Part shown: positions 28,992 through 39,656 of the stretch, one piece after another | Layout: every line of letters begins with the position of its first letter | How positions within the stretch are numbered: position 1 is the first letter of the stretch | Virus record (IMG/VR): IMGVR_UViG_3300017917_002795 | Location: 64,001-128,000 of that record | Origin: a virus | Direction: 5' to 3' (one strand) | DNA length: 64,000 nt | Position numbers and translations under genes: made by a program | Notes under the pieces: generated by a model | Told to the model about the DNA's origin: nothing | Databases searched by the model: none | What the model saw: only the letters and a program-made list of their open reading frames with translations

Positions 28992-30407
28992 ATGCCGAAT
29001 AGATGGCCCATAGCAAGTGGTAATTGGAGTAATTCCACAATTTGGAATGGTGGTTTAGGAGTACCTACAGCATCTGATGATGTATATGCTAATAGTCAAT
29101 CAATTTATATTGATACCGATATAACAGTACTAACATTACGTAATGCAGCTATAACCGGTGTAACACAAGGTGGAATATTTTATTTAAATAATGGTGTTAA
29201 TGTTAATTTAACAGGCGTACCGGCAATGTTCCATACAGGACCTTCAGTATTTGCAGTTACAAACACTCCATTGGTAATAATATCTGGATCGAATACTGCA
29301 ACTATTACTGGCAGTTTAGGAGCAACTTTATTTGGTCCAAAAATACATTTACAAGATAATTCAAGTTTACGTATTTCTGGAAGTGTAGTTTCTACAACTA
29401 ACACAGCAAATATAGGAATACGACATAGTTCAACTGGTAATCTAACTATAACGGGTAGCATCACCGGTAGTTCGGGAGGAGGATCAGCTCATTGTATATA
29501 TGTCGATGGATCTGGTTCTTTATTCATTTCTGGTAGCGTATTAGGAGCAGGATCGTCTTATGGCATATACAATTTATCATCAGGAAATGTTCGTATTATA
29601 GGAACAATCACCGGCGCTAGTGGTAACAATACAGCAGTTTCTGTATATAATTTATCTAATGGAAATATTATAGTTACAGGTAGTATTTTAGGTGCACCTG
29701 ATGCTAACTTTAATGGTAAACAGGGTATATACAATGCAGGCGCTGGAAGTGTCTACATTTCCGGCAGTGTGTTTGGAGGTCGAGGCGGCCAACAAGCAAA
29801 TGGAGTAGCAAATGCATCAGTAGGTACGGTTATTATAGATGGCACCGTAACAGCTGGTCAAGCTGGCTCTGGACCGAACGCTTCAATGTACGGTGTATTT
29901 AACTCAGGAACGGGAACTTTAATTGTTAGAGGAGCTATCTCAGCTAGTATAATATCACCAGGTGTTGGAGCTACGTCAACTACATCAACAAACCTATTCA
30001 CAGGCCCATTTCGTAACACAGGTTCATTCAATGCAGTTTACGCATATCGTATGCAAATGTTAAGCACTTCATCTCAATGGACATTTGATACTGAAGTAGC
30101 GGGTGTAACAAAAACCCTAACTACCATAGAATCTATAACTGGAGCTCCATCTGCATCTAATGTTAGGGATGGTGTTACTTATGGTTTAAATGGCAATTTA
30201 ACGGGTTCACTTAAAATGCCTAATCCAACAACTGTTCGACTTGGAGTTGCAACAGATAATACAACAGGCTCTGCCATTTTAACAGCAGAAGATATGTTTA
30301 ATGTTGCAACACAAACATTAACTACCTCGGGTAGTATAGGAAATTTATTAACCGGATCTTCCACTGTGCAAACAACGGGAGCTACCATATCCGCATTTAA
30401 AGTATAA
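28992..30407 (+). CDS. Putative beta-helix adhesin/fibre, paralog 1
   Basis: MPNRW..SGNWS..PTASDDVY N-terminus; GIYNxxxG repeats; shared C-terminal NVRxGVxYG module. Confidence 0.7.
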   Translation: MPNRWPIASGNWSNSTIWNGGLGVPTASDDVYANSQSIYIDTDITVLTLRNAAITGVTQGGIFYLNNGVNVNLTGVPAMFHTGPSVFAVTNTPLVIISGSNTATITGSLGATLFGPKIHLQDNSSLRISGSVVSTTNTANIGIRHSSTGNLTITGSITGSSGGGSAHCIYVDGSGSLFISGSVLGAGSSYGIYNLSSGNVRIIGTITGASGNNTAVSVYNLSNGNIIVTGSILGAPDANFNGKQGIYNAGAGSVYISGSVFGGRGGQQANGVANASVGTVIIDGTVTAGQAGSGPNASMYGVFNSGTGTLIVRGAISASIISPGVGATSTTSTNLFTGPFRNTGSFNAVYAYRMQMLSTSSQWTFDTEVAGVTKTLTTIESITGAPSASNVRDGVTYGLNGNLTGSLKMPNPTTVRLGVATDNTTGSAILTAEDMFNVATQTLTTSGSIGNLLTGSSTVQTTGATISAFKV

Positions 30408-30409
30408 TT

Positions 30410-31609
30410 ATGCCGAATAGATGGGCTATATCATCAGGTAATTGGAGTAATGCTGCTATATGGAGTGGTAGTATAATACCTACTGCATCTGACGATGTAT
30501 ATGCTAACAATCAAACAGTTACAATAGACCAAAACATTACCGTACTTAGCTTAAGAAATTCTACATCTGTTGGAGGTAGTGGTATAGCAGGCGGTATCTC
30601 TGCAAGTGGGCAATTTATATTAAATGATTATATTACTATAACAACAACTGGTTTAGGAGTATATGCTACAAATCCGGCTTGTGTAAATTATAGTGGATCC
30701 TTTTCTGCATCAATTATTGCTAACTGCTATGCATCGCATACCACAGATGCTATACCAGGCGTATTGAATTCAGGTTCAGGTATACTTAATATAATAGGAA
30801 ATGGTTATGGTTCTGGTAACGCTCCATTTGCTGGTGCACGAGCAGGTACACCTGGTATAATTAATAGAAGTACCGGAACAATAAATATATTAGGTAATGG
30901 TTATGGTGGAATAGGTGTAAACGGTGGTAGTGACGGAATACGTAATAATGGAGCTGGTAGTATTAATATTACCGGAAGTTTATATTCAATATTAATACCA
31001 TCAAATGGAAATACAACTAATGCAGGTGCTAGAAATTCGTCAACTGGAACTATTAATATTTCTGGTAGCATCATATCAGGCTTTGGCGTTGCATTAATTA
31101 ATGATTCTACTGGGCCTATTAACATAATAGGCTCTATATATTCATCTAATAATGCTGTTGGAGTATCGTCAACATCTACTGGAATTATAACAGCAACAGG
31201 CCCATTCTACAACACCAATACCCGTAACGCAGTATTTGCACAAAATCTCCAATTTATATCAGGATCGCCTACCACATGGACATTTGATACAGAAACTTTT
31301 GGAGGTACAACAACATTATATTCATCTGGCTCAGTATCTGGTTATCCATCCACCTCAAATGTAAGAGCAGGAATCATATATGGAGACACAAACCAATTTA
31401 CAGGCGTTGTAGTAATACCTTCTGCATCAAATGTAATTCGAGGTGCATTAGTAGATAACACTACTGGTTCAGCTTCATTCAATGTAAATAATGCATGGAG
31501 TGCATTAACAAGCAGTTTATCATTAACAGGAAGTTTAGGGGCACGTTTACGCAACGTTTCAACAGTTACAACAGCCGCAGGCGCAATAGCTTCAAAAGGA
31601 AAATTATAA
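30410..31609 (+). CDS. Putative beta-helix adhesin/fibre, paralog 2
   Basis: Same terminal modules as paralog 1. Confidence 0.7.
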   Translation: MPNRWAISSGNWSNAAIWSGSIIPTASDDVYANNQTVTIDQNITVLSLRNSTSVGGSGIAGGISASGQFILNDYITITTTGLGVYATNPACVNYSGSFSASIIANCYASHTTDAIPGVLNSGSGILNIIGNGYGSGNAPFAGARAGTPGIINRSTGTINILGNGYGGIGVNGGSDGIRNNGAGSINITGSLYSILIPSNGNTTNAGARNSSTGTINISGSIISGFGVALINDSTGPINIIGSIYSSNNAVGVSSTSTGIITATGPFYNTNTRNAVFAQNLQFISGSPTTWTFDTETFGGTTTLYSSGSVSGYPSTSNVRAGIIYGDTNQFTGVVVIPSASNVIRGALVDNTTGSASFNVNNAWSALTSSLSLTGSLGARLRNVSTVTTAAGAIASKGKL

Positions 31610-31612
31610 GAT

Positions 31613-33412
31613 ATGCCATATATTAGATACGCAGTTCAAAACGGAGCATGGAGTAGTGGATCTACTTGGGATAATGGTGCAGTACCATTAAATGGAGATG
31701 ATGTATATGCTGATGGGAGAACCATAACAATAAATCAAAACATCGACGTATTTAGAATTACTAATACACCTAGCCCATCTCGTTTACCAGGAAATGCAAT
31801 ACCCATAATGACTTCAAACACAACACCAGAAGGTGCTGTATCTGCAAGTAGTTTTAGTGGTACATTATTTCCGTGGCGTGCATTTGATAATAGTTATTCA
31901 ACATGGTGGCAGTCTGTAACAGCAAATTCAGCTTCAATTGCATATCAATTTTCTTCTGGAAAAGTAATTAAACAATATGCATTTTATTCACATGCTACAA
32001 ATGCCCAAAACATTAGAAATTGGTTTTTTGAAGGAAGTAATGATAATATAACATATACTATTATTGAAACAGTTACAGGATTTACAACTGCTATCAATAC
32101 ATGGTATGTGAGGAACGTATCTGCAAATACAACATCATATACTTGGTATAGAATAAGAATAGAAGCAGTACAAACCCTAGGAAACTTACCTACAATACCG
32201 CAAATTAACATGACTGAACTTACTAGCTCAGCTTATTCAACAGGTAATAGTGGTAGTTTCGTTTCTGGAGGAGACATACAAATTTCCGCATCTGCACAAG
32301 TAGCAGATGGATTTTTTGGTATCCACCCTCAAACAGGAACTAACACAACATCATTTCTTACAATTACAGGTTCACATCGTGTTGGAGTTACTGGAAGTGT
32401 TGCAGCTCCACAAGGGTTAACATTTACAACTTCTAGATATGGAGTAACTATTGCCGAAGGTGGAACTTTAGGAGTTATAGGTGATGTATATGGAGGATCT
32501 GCAGCAGGAGGTAGTTCTAATGTATGGGGAATATTTTGTACATCTGGCAGTGTATTTATAACAGGAAGTTTACGTTTTTTTGCTAACGGCGGAAACACTA
32601 ACGGTTCTCCTTTATATATTGCAAATGGAACTGCTAGTATCTCTGGAAGTTTATTTTCATCATCAGTTACCACTCCTATAACACTTGCCGCTGGTAGTGC
32701 CTTAGTAAACATTGTTTGCACACCTGTTATCACCGGGACTAGCCTTCAGGGAAATATGCAAATAGGAGGAACTAATAGCGGAACTTTAAATTATACCGGT
32801 TCAGTCATTGGAAATAATGCTCCGGGTATTCAAATAGCAGGAACAATGACAGTTAATATCTCCGGGAGTATTTCATCAGTTGGTGCTGCATCTGGATTTT
32901 TAGCTCAAGGAACAGGAACAGTTACAGTTAATGGATCTATTATATCAACTAATGCACAACCCGGACTCCAATCAACATCAACTGCTTTAATTCGAGTAAC
33001 AGGTCCATTAATATCTCAAAATAATTTTAATGCAGTGTATGCACAACGTATACAATTTATCTCCAGTTCAACCCCATTCTATACTTTACAATCAGATACA
33101 TTTAATAAAAATGTTACTTTATATGACCAAAATTACCCTGCAGCATTCCCAGCTGTAACTGATGTTCGAAGTGGAAGTTTATACGGGGTTACAAGTCAAC
33201 TTTCTGGATCAATGGTAGTGCCTGCAACAAACGACGTACGTTACGGAGTACCCGTGGGTAACACAACAGGTTCTGCTACATTGACACCTTTAGACGTTTT
33301 AAATTACGCCGTACAAAATTTAACAGGTTCCAATTCAGTTGGAGCTCGTTTACAAAATATTTCAACAGTACAAACCACAGCAGCAACTATTGCTGCTTTT
33401 AAAGGAAAATAA
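31613..33412 (+). CDS. Putative beta-helix adhesin/fibre, paralog 3, with F5/8 type C (discoidin)-like insert
   Basis: MTSNTTP..VSASS..PWRAFD..TWW..WFFEGSND..YTWYRI insert plus shared termini. Confidence 0.7.
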   Translation: MPYIRYAVQNGAWSSGSTWDNGAVPLNGDDVYADGRTITINQNIDVFRITNTPSPSRLPGNAIPIMTSNTTPEGAVSASSFSGTLFPWRAFDNSYSTWWQSVTANSASIAYQFSSGKVIKQYAFYSHATNAQNIRNWFFEGSNDNITYTIIETVTGFTTAINTWYVRNVSANTTSYTWYRIRIEAVQTLGNLPTIPQINMTELTSSAYSTGNSGSFVSGGDIQISASAQVADGFFGIHPQTGTNTTSFLTITGSHRVGVTGSVAAPQGLTFTTSRYGVTIAEGGTLGVIGDVYGGSAAGGSSNVWGIFCTSGSVFITGSLRFFANGGNTNGSPLYIANGTASISGSLFSSSVTTPITLAAGSALVNIVCTPVITGTSLQGNMQIGGTNSGTLNYTGSVIGNNAPGIQIAGTMTVNISGSISSVGAASGFLAQGTGTVTVNGSIISTNAQPGLQSTSTALIRVTGPLISQNNFNAVYAQRIQFISSSTPFYTLQSDTFNKNVTLYDQNYPAAFPAVTDVRSGSLYGVTSQLSGSMVVPATNDVRYGVPVGNTTGSATLTPLDVLNYAVQNLTGSNSVGARLQNISTVQTTAATIAAFKGK

Positions 33413-33413
33413 T

Positions 33414-34661
33414 ATGCCAAATAGATGGCCCATAAATTCGGGAAGTTGGAGTGATTCCACAATATGGAATGGTGGTTTAGGAGTACCTACAGCATCCGAT
33501 GATGTGTTCTTAAACAATCAAACAGTAACATTAGACCAGAACGTAACTGTACAAAGTATACGAAGTGCTGCTTCTGCATCTACTATTACTGCAGGTGGTA
33601 GAATTGAAATTTATAGTGATTATAACATTACAGCAACTCCTAATGGATTCCAACCCTATGGTACTGCAGTAACAAATGGGTTTATACAATATTTTAATAG
33701 TGGTTCTATAATGTTAGTAGGAAATATTCCATTAAATAGTAATGCATTAGCTGGGATTCCACAAGGGATAGGAAATATTGGAACGGGAACTATTAATTTT
33801 ATCGGGGATGTGTTTGGGTTCAATGGGCAAATTGCCACAGGGTGGGCAATTGGTAATTTATCCTCTGGTACTATCAATATAATTGGAAATGTAACAGCAG
33901 GATTAAATGCAGGAGCCCATGGTGTTTATAATACATTAAACGGTACTATCAATATAACAGGAAACGTTAATGGAGGAACTACTAGTTTTAATAGAAATGC
34001 AGTATATAATGCAGGTACAGGTATAATTAATGTAACAGGTAATATCATAGCAGGAACCAATTCAGCTAATACAACAGCGGGAATAAATAATATTTCGATA
34101 GGCACCGTGAATGTTACAGGAAATGTTACTGGTTTAGGTTGGGCTGGAATTTCTTCAACCACAGCAGGTATCATAAACGTAATAGGTCAATTACAAGCTT
34201 CAACCACAGCAAATGCAGTATCATCAACCTCAACCACAGCAACCAACATATTCTCCGGCCCATTCATCAACTCAGGTTCACGCAATGCAATATATTGTTA
34301 CAACGTACAAATGTATAAAAACGCAGTAACATCATATCAAATAGGTGTATCTGGATCAAACAATACAATTACATTACTTAGTGAAAACCAAGCCACAGGT
34401 ATGCCAGCAGCTACAAATGTTCGTAGTGGTATTACGTACGGCCCAACTAACACATTAACAGGCTCAATGGCAGTACCACACCCAAACTCAGTTTCATATG
34501 GTGTACAAGTAGATACTACAACAGGGTCTGCTATAGTAAAACCAGAAGATATTTGGAATATTCCTTTAACTTTATTAACTTCATCAAATAGTATTGGACA
34601 ACGTTTAGCATCTTCTACTACATCAGCTTCAATGGCTGCGATAGTAAATGCATTCGGATAA
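33414..34661 (+). CDS. Putative beta-helix adhesin/fibre, paralog 4
   Basis: ATG 33414; 32-bp identity with paralog 1 near 5' end. Confidence 0.7.
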   Translation: MPNRWPINSGSWSDSTIWNGGLGVPTASDDVFLNNQTVTLDQNVTVQSIRSAASASTITAGGRIEIYSDYNITATPNGFQPYGTAVTNGFIQYFNSGSIMLVGNIPLNSNALAGIPQGIGNIGTGTINFIGDVFGFNGQIATGWAIGNLSSGTINIIGNVTAGLNAGAHGVYNTLNGTINITGNVNGGTTSFNRNAVYNAGTGIINVTGNIIAGTNSANTTAGINNISIGTVNVTGNVTGLGWAGISSTTAGIINVIGQLQASTTANAVSSTSTTATNIFSGPFINSGSRNAIYCYNVQMYKNAVTSYQIGVSGSNNTITLLSENQATGMPAATNVRSGITYGPTNTLTGSMAVPHPNSVSYGVQVDTTTGSAIVKPEDIWNIPLTLLTSSNSIGQRLASSTTSASMAAIVNAFG

Positions 34662-34711
34662 TTTGGATTTTTCAATTCATTTTCATATAATAAACAAAAA
34701 GGATAAAAGTT

Positions 34712-34993
34712 ATGACTCGAAAACTGGACGCGAAGCACTTAGAAGCCATTCAAACATTGCGAGAACAGTACAATGAAATCACCATGCTAATTGGAAATAT
34801 GAGCATTGAACAGCAATTTCTTCAAGAAAAAATCACGGAACTTGAACAAGAAAAAGCACAACAATTCACAGCATTAAGAAGCATCACTCAACAAGAAACG
34901 GATTTGATTGCAGAAATGCGTGATAGATATGGTGAAGGACAAATCAACATTCAAGATGGAACATTTATTCCTGGCACCGGTTTAGATGCGTAA
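34712..34993 (+). CDS. Small coiled-coil hypothetical protein
   Basis: Own TTTG-N20-TATAAT promoter and AAAGGA RBS. Confidence 0.7.
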   Translation: MTRKLDAKHLEAIQTLREQYNEITMLIGNMSIEQQFLQEKITELEQEKAQQFTALRSITQQETDLIAEMRDRYGEGQINIQDGTFIPGTGLDA

Positions 34994-35034
34994 TGGCATA
35001 TTTATATTAAAATCATTTATATAGGAGAATAATA

Positions 35035-37476
35035 ATGGCAGAACAAATTGTATCGCCTGGTGTATATACGAGAGAGATTGATTCCTCGTTTTTACCTGGA
35101 GCGATTCGTCAAATTGGTGCGGCTGTTGTAGGACCAACTGTAAAAGGACCTGCATATACGCCAACCGAAATCAGAAATATGTCGGAATACCAAGCAGTAT
35201 TTGGTGGATTCACTGATGAATCTTATGTTCCGGTGGCAGTTAATGAATATTTAAGAAATGGTAATGTGATTACTGTGACTCGTACTTTGTATGAAGATGG
35301 TTATTCATTGACGGATGGAGCATTGGCGATAGTTGCAACATCTGGATCTACGAAATACATAACTCACGTACTTCATCCAACCGTGCCAGTAGGCGTAACG
35401 TCAAGTTACTTTGCCGATTCAGTGTTAAATACAGACACCAATGGACGCTTTGAATTGAAAATATCCGGTTCATATGCAGCAATTGCAATACCTGGATTTA
35501 GTAATTTTTCATATACGGAAGGTTCATCAATTTCAGCATCAATATCACCAAGTGATTCGAATTACATCACAACTGTGTTAGGTAAATCACCAAAAGGTCA
35601 AAACTATCCAGTATATGTTCAATATGAAAATACCGCAGCAACTTCACCATTTGCATCATTGTCTGCAGTATCAATGTCATTGGAGAAAATTTCAACGTAT
35701 GCATTTGTTCAAGATTATAAAGCTGCATCAACTCCATGGATAACATCTCAAAAAATTGGCTCTAGTGTATCTAACTTGTTTAAGATTCACGCATTATCTC
35801 ACGGATCATCTACAAATTATGAATATAAGATTGGTATCAGTGATATCATCACCTCCGGAGAAGTTTCAGATCCAAATGGATATCCGACATTTAATGTTGT
35901 AGTACGTAGAGTTGATACTGCAAATATTCCTAATTCAGTATATGGTTCTGTAACAGATTCAGATGCTCAACCAAACATTGTTGCTGTATTTGCATGTAAC
36001 TTGAATCCAGATTCACCATCATACATTGCCAAAGTGATTGGTGATCGTTATCAAACAATTGACAATGATAACAACGTTAACATTTACGGAGATTATGTTA
36101 ATACAAATCCATATATCCGTGTTGAAGTAGATGCTGCAGTTGCAACTAAATCAATTGATAAAACATTGTTCCCATTTGGGTTCCGTGCCGTATATTCATC
36201 AGTACCATCTGTTAACGGTTCAAACTTAGTAGCAGCTATATTGAAAACAGATCAAAATGCAAATGGTGTTTATAGTCCAACTATATTTCATGGATTTGAT
36301 TTTACTGTGGCATCAAACATTGCATATTTAGCCCCAATACCAACATCAGGTAGCACGACAGCAGCTAACACTGATTTCTACTTAGGTGATGTATCGCAAA
36401 GCATTAGTGCGGCATATCCAACATCAACCACAGCATATACTGGTTCTTTGCAAGCTGCATTAACAGCAGGAACATTTGCAGCTAATGTTAAATCATCTAC
36501 TAGAAAATTCATTGTGCCATTCCAAGAAGGTTTTGATGGAGCTCGTCCTAATTTACCTAAATTCTCTGGAGCTAACATAACTGCAGCTAATACATTTGGA
36601 TATGATTGTAGTTCGGTAACAGCAACAGGTGCAGTATCATACCGCAAAGCATTCACATTGTTGAGCAATACCGATTATTATGATATGAATGTATTATTGA
36701 CGCCAGGACTTATCGATCGTTTGCACGGAGCAGTTACAGCAGAAGCACGAGAATTATGTCAAATGCGCCAAGACGTATTTTATGTGATGGATTCAAACCT
36801 TAAAGGAGATACCATAACACAAGTAACTAATCAAGTTAGACCAATTGACAACAATTACACAGCAACATATTGGCCGTGGGTTAGTATATCTAATCCATCT
36901 GGTGCCGGACTTCTTTGGATTCCACCATCAGTAGTTATTGGGGGTGTATTATCAACAAATGACCGAATCCAAGCACCATGGTATGCACCAGCTGGTTTAA
37001 ATCGCGGTGGTATTCCTGCAACAGGAACGGCTGTAAATTTAAGTCAAGCACAACGAGATACATTGTATGCAGCACGCGTTAATCCTATTGCATCCTTCCC
37101 TAACAATACCATCGTTGTATGGGGTCAAAAGACCTTGCAAGCTCGTCCAAGTGCATTAGACCGCGTAAATGTGCGTCGTTTGCTTATTGAAGTTAAGAAG
37201 TTTATTGCATCATCAACTCGTTTCTTGGTATTTGATCAAAACACCATAACTACTAGAAATAAATTTTTAAGCATTGTTAATCCGTATTTAGCAGGTGTAC
37301 AACAAGCTCAAGGTTTATCAGCATTCCGAGTGATTATGGATGAAACAAACAATACTCCAGATGTAATTGACCGAAACATTTTATATGGTCAATTGTTTTT
37401 ACAACCAACGAGAACGGCTGAATTTATTGTGTTAGATTTCAATATTCAACCTACCGGAGCTGAATTTCCCGGATAA
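35035..37476 (+). CDS. Tail sheath protein (T4 gp18-like)
   Basis: VSPGVYTREID, WYAPAGLNRG, VVWGQKTL, RVNVRRLL and PTRTAEFI motifs. Confidence 0.95.
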   Translation: MAEQIVSPGVYTREIDSSFLPGAIRQIGAAVVGPTVKGPAYTPTEIRNMSEYQAVFGGFTDESYVPVAVNEYLRNGNVITVTRTLYEDGYSLTDGALAIVATSGSTKYITHVLHPTVPVGVTSSYFADSVLNTDTNGRFELKISGSYAAIAIPGFSNFSYTEGSSISASISPSDSNYITTVLGKSPKGQNYPVYVQYENTAATSPFASLSAVSMSLEKISTYAFVQDYKAASTPWITSQKIGSSVSNLFKIHALSHGSSTNYEYKIGISDIITSGEVSDPNGYPTFNVVVRRVDTANIPNSVYGSVTDSDAQPNIVAVFACNLNPDSPSYIAKVIGDRYQTIDNDNNVNIYGDYVNTNPYIRVEVDAAVATKSIDKTLFPFGFRAVYSSVPSVNGSNLVAAILKTDQNANGVYSPTIFHGFDFTVASNIAYLAPIPTSGSTTAANTDFYLGDVSQSISAAYPTSTTAYTGSLQAALTAGTFAANVKSSTRKFIVPFQEGFDGARPNLPKFSGANITAANTFGYDCSSVTATGAVSYRKAFTLLSNTDYYDMNVLLTPGLIDRLHGAVTAEARELCQMRQDVFYVMDSNLKGDTITQVTNQVRPIDNNYTATYWPWVSISNPSGAGLLWIPPSVVIGGVLSTNDRIQAPWYAPAGLNRGGIPATGTAVNLSQAQRDTLYAARVNPIASFPNNTIVVWGQKTLQARPSALDRVNVRRLLIEVKKFIASSTRFLVFDQNTITTRNKFLSIVNPYLAGVQQAQGLSAFRVIMDETNNTPDVIDRNILYGQLFLQPTRTAEFIVLDFNIQPTGAEFPG

Positions 37477-37490
37477 ATAAAAAATATGAA

Positions 37491-37526
37491 GAAAGGTAGG
37501 ACTTTGGTTCTACCTTTTTTACTGTT
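37491..37526 (+). terminator. Intrinsic terminator followed by ACTGTT
   Basis: AAAGGTAGGAC-TTTG-GTTCTACCTTT plus T-tract. Confidence 0.85.
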
Positions 37527-37558
37527 CATATATTTATATTTAAAAAAAGGACAAAATT

Positions 37559-38173
37559 ATGCCATACGCAGCAACAAAAAATAATTCAGATTTGTTTGAT
37601 TATGTAGGTAGAGCTCCAAGTAATGGATTCGGAGCTGGAACACCAAATGGAGAAGGAGATTCTCCAAAAGCAGATCAAATTACAGATTATGGTGTTAGCG
37701 ATAATTTTTATGATAAAGCATTTGCATGGGAACCAAAATATCAGCATAAATTTGTAATGAACATTGACGGAATTCCTGCATACTTAGTTAAGACATCAGC
37801 TAAACCGAGCATGACAAATGGCGAAGTTGTGCTAGATCATATCAACGTTAAACGTAAACTTAAAGGTAAATCTGCATGGAATAGCATTGCAATCACAATT
37901 TATGATGCCATTGTTCCATCTGCAGCACAAGCCGTAATGCAATGGGTTCGTTTGCATCATGAATCTGCAACAGGACGTGATGGATATGCATCTATCTACA
38001 AAAAAGATATCACACTCAACCAACTTTCTCCATTAGGGGAAGTTATCGAAGAATGGCAACTTAAAGGATGTTACCTATCAGAAGTGAATTTTGGTTCATT
38101 GGATTGGTCGGCAGAAGATGTAGTAATGATTGATGCTACATTGAATTATGATTGGGCATTGTTAAGTTATTAA
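37559..38173 (+). CDS. Tail tube protein (T4 gp19-like)
   Basis: AVMQWVRLHHES.TGRDGY..YKKDI..EEWQLKG..FGSLDW motifs; follows sheath. Confidence 0.9.
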   Translation: MPYAATKNNSDLFDYVGRAPSNGFGAGTPNGEGDSPKADQITDYGVSDNFYDKAFAWEPKYQHKFVMNIDGIPAYLVKTSAKPSMTNGEVVLDHINVKRKLKGKSAWNSIAITIYDAIVPSAAQAVMQWVRLHHESATGRDGYASIYKKDITLNQLSPLGEVIEEWQLKGCYLSEVNFGSLDWSAEDVVMIDATLNYDWALLSY

Positions 38174-38182
38174 TATGAAATT

Positions 38183-38217
38183 TGGGCAAGCTGAAAAGTT
38201 TGCCCATTTTTACTGTT
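38183..38217 (+). terminator. Intrinsic terminator followed by ACTGTT
   Basis: TGGGCAAGCT-GAAA-AGTTTGCCCA then T5. Confidence 0.85.
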
Positions 38218-38299
38218 CACAAAAACATTTCTTCAAAACGATTTGGTACTTTGAAATATTCTTATTATCTTTATATTATTAATTTAAAAAATAAGAGTT

Positions 38300-38806
38300 A
38301 TGACAAAAGAACAAAGTTTATTATTAGCAATTAGACATCAAATGTCTGTATTAGGTTATTCTGAATCAGAAATTAATCTGCAAGATGAAGAAATTTCAAA
38401 GTTTACTTCAAACATTGTTAAAGGCATAGATTTTAGTAGAAAGCCGGAAGTTACTGAGATAACATATCCAGATTCATATAAATATTATATGCATATTAAC
38501 GATCCAGAATTTAGCACCTGGGGTCACGATGCTCTTATGTGCACATTTGAATCTGATTCAGATTGGGAACACGCCTTAGACAACGAAGATATTGCAGCAT
38601 GCCGCGCCATTATTGCCGAAGTTGAAACGTTTTGCCAAACACATCGAGTTCCTAAAGCAGTTGTTAATTTTTATCGAAATATGCCAAAACGCCTAGTTAA
38701 TCCGAATTGGTTTAAATTGCGGTGGAACACTGTTAACGGCATAGTAGATGCATATTGTGATGAAGATGCTTCAGAGCATGTAGATGGCATAACCGGAGAA
38801 GAATAA
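38300..38806 (+). CDS. Hypothetical protein, moron-like standalone unit
   Basis: Flanked by terminators; own host-type promoter at 38242-38273. Confidence 0.7.
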   Translation: MTKEQSLLLAIRHQMSVLGYSESEINLQDEEISKFTSNIVKGIDFSRKPEVTEITYPDSYKYYMHINDPEFSTWGHDALMCTFESDSDWEHALDNEDIAACRAIIAEVETFCQTHRVPKAVVNFYRNMPKRLVNPNWFKLRWNTVNGIVDAYCDEDASEHVDGITGEE

Positions 38807-38818
38807 ATAACTAATCAT

Positions 38819-38849
38819 AGCCCCTTTAAACGGGGGCTTTTTTACTGTT
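38819..38849 (+). terminator. Intrinsic terminator followed by ACTGTT
   Basis: AGCCCCT-TTAAAC-GGGGGCT plus T-tract. Confidence 0.8.
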
Positions 38850-38888
38850 CGCACATATTTATAATAAAGTTATATAAAAGGAAAGTTT

Positions 38889-39656
38889 ATGCCAGTAACA
38901 GAACGTTTTAACGATAAAAATCTTATCGAATTAGCCAAGCAGCAGTACGAAAACAAGCAACGCAGCACAATACCTGCAAACACAGTTAAATTACCAAGTG
39001 GTGGACAAGTGTATCCAGAATCAAGTCCTTTACGGAAAGGTACTGTAGAAATGCGATACATGACTGCATATGATGAAGATATCCTAACAAATTCATCATA
39101 CATCAAACAAAATACGGTGCTTGACAAACTATTACAAGCACTTATAATGGATCCAATAGACATCGATGATTTGATTATATCAGACAAAGAATATCTTGTT
39201 ATAGCAGCGCGTATTCACGGATTTGGGGCAGATTATACTGTAGCAGTAACAGATCCTAATACCGGTAAAAGTTCCACGCAAACCTTAGATTTATCTAAAT
39301 TAGAAATGCGGCCCTTCACCATAACATCTAATTCACTAGGAGAATTTCCATACGCAGCAGAAGGCATTGACATTAAATTTCGATTTTTAACTAAACGCGA
39401 AGTAGATTCAATTTCCGATGAACACACAATATCAGATTTCTTAATACGTAGCATCGCAGAAGTCAATGGATCGAGAACACCACATGACATTGAACATTTT
39501 GTGCGTTATCAAATGACTCCGCGCGAATCACGTGATTTTCGTCGTTATGTAGCGGAAAATATACCTGGTGTAAATCTAGAATCAACATTTGAAGGTGAGA
39601 ACGGGAGCACCTTCACCGCCGGGTTTCCACTTAGATCAGACCTTCTTTGGTTATAA
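38889..39656 (+). CDS. Baseplate hub/tail assembly chaperone (T4 gp26-like)
   Basis: VKLPSGG.VY...VEMRYMTAYDEDIL motif; upstream of tape measure. Confidence 0.8.
   Translation: MPVTERFNDKNLIELAKQQYENKQRSTIPANTVKLPSGGQVYPESSPLRKGTVEMRYMTAYDEDILTNSSYIKQNTVLDKLLQALIMDPIDIDDLIISDKEYLVIAARIHGFGADYTVAVTDPNTGKSSTQTLDLSKLEMRPFTITSNSLGEFPYAAEGIDIKFRFLTKREVDSISDEHTISDFLIRSIAEVNGSRTPHDIEHFVRYQMTPRESRDFRRYVAENIPGVNLESTFEGENGSTFTAGFPLRSDLLWL

Noticed and set aside
39621-39627. GGGTTTC as a canonical -1 slippery heptamer
   Set aside because: Wrong phase (GGG TTT C in ORF1), and the downstream ORF is in the +1 frame
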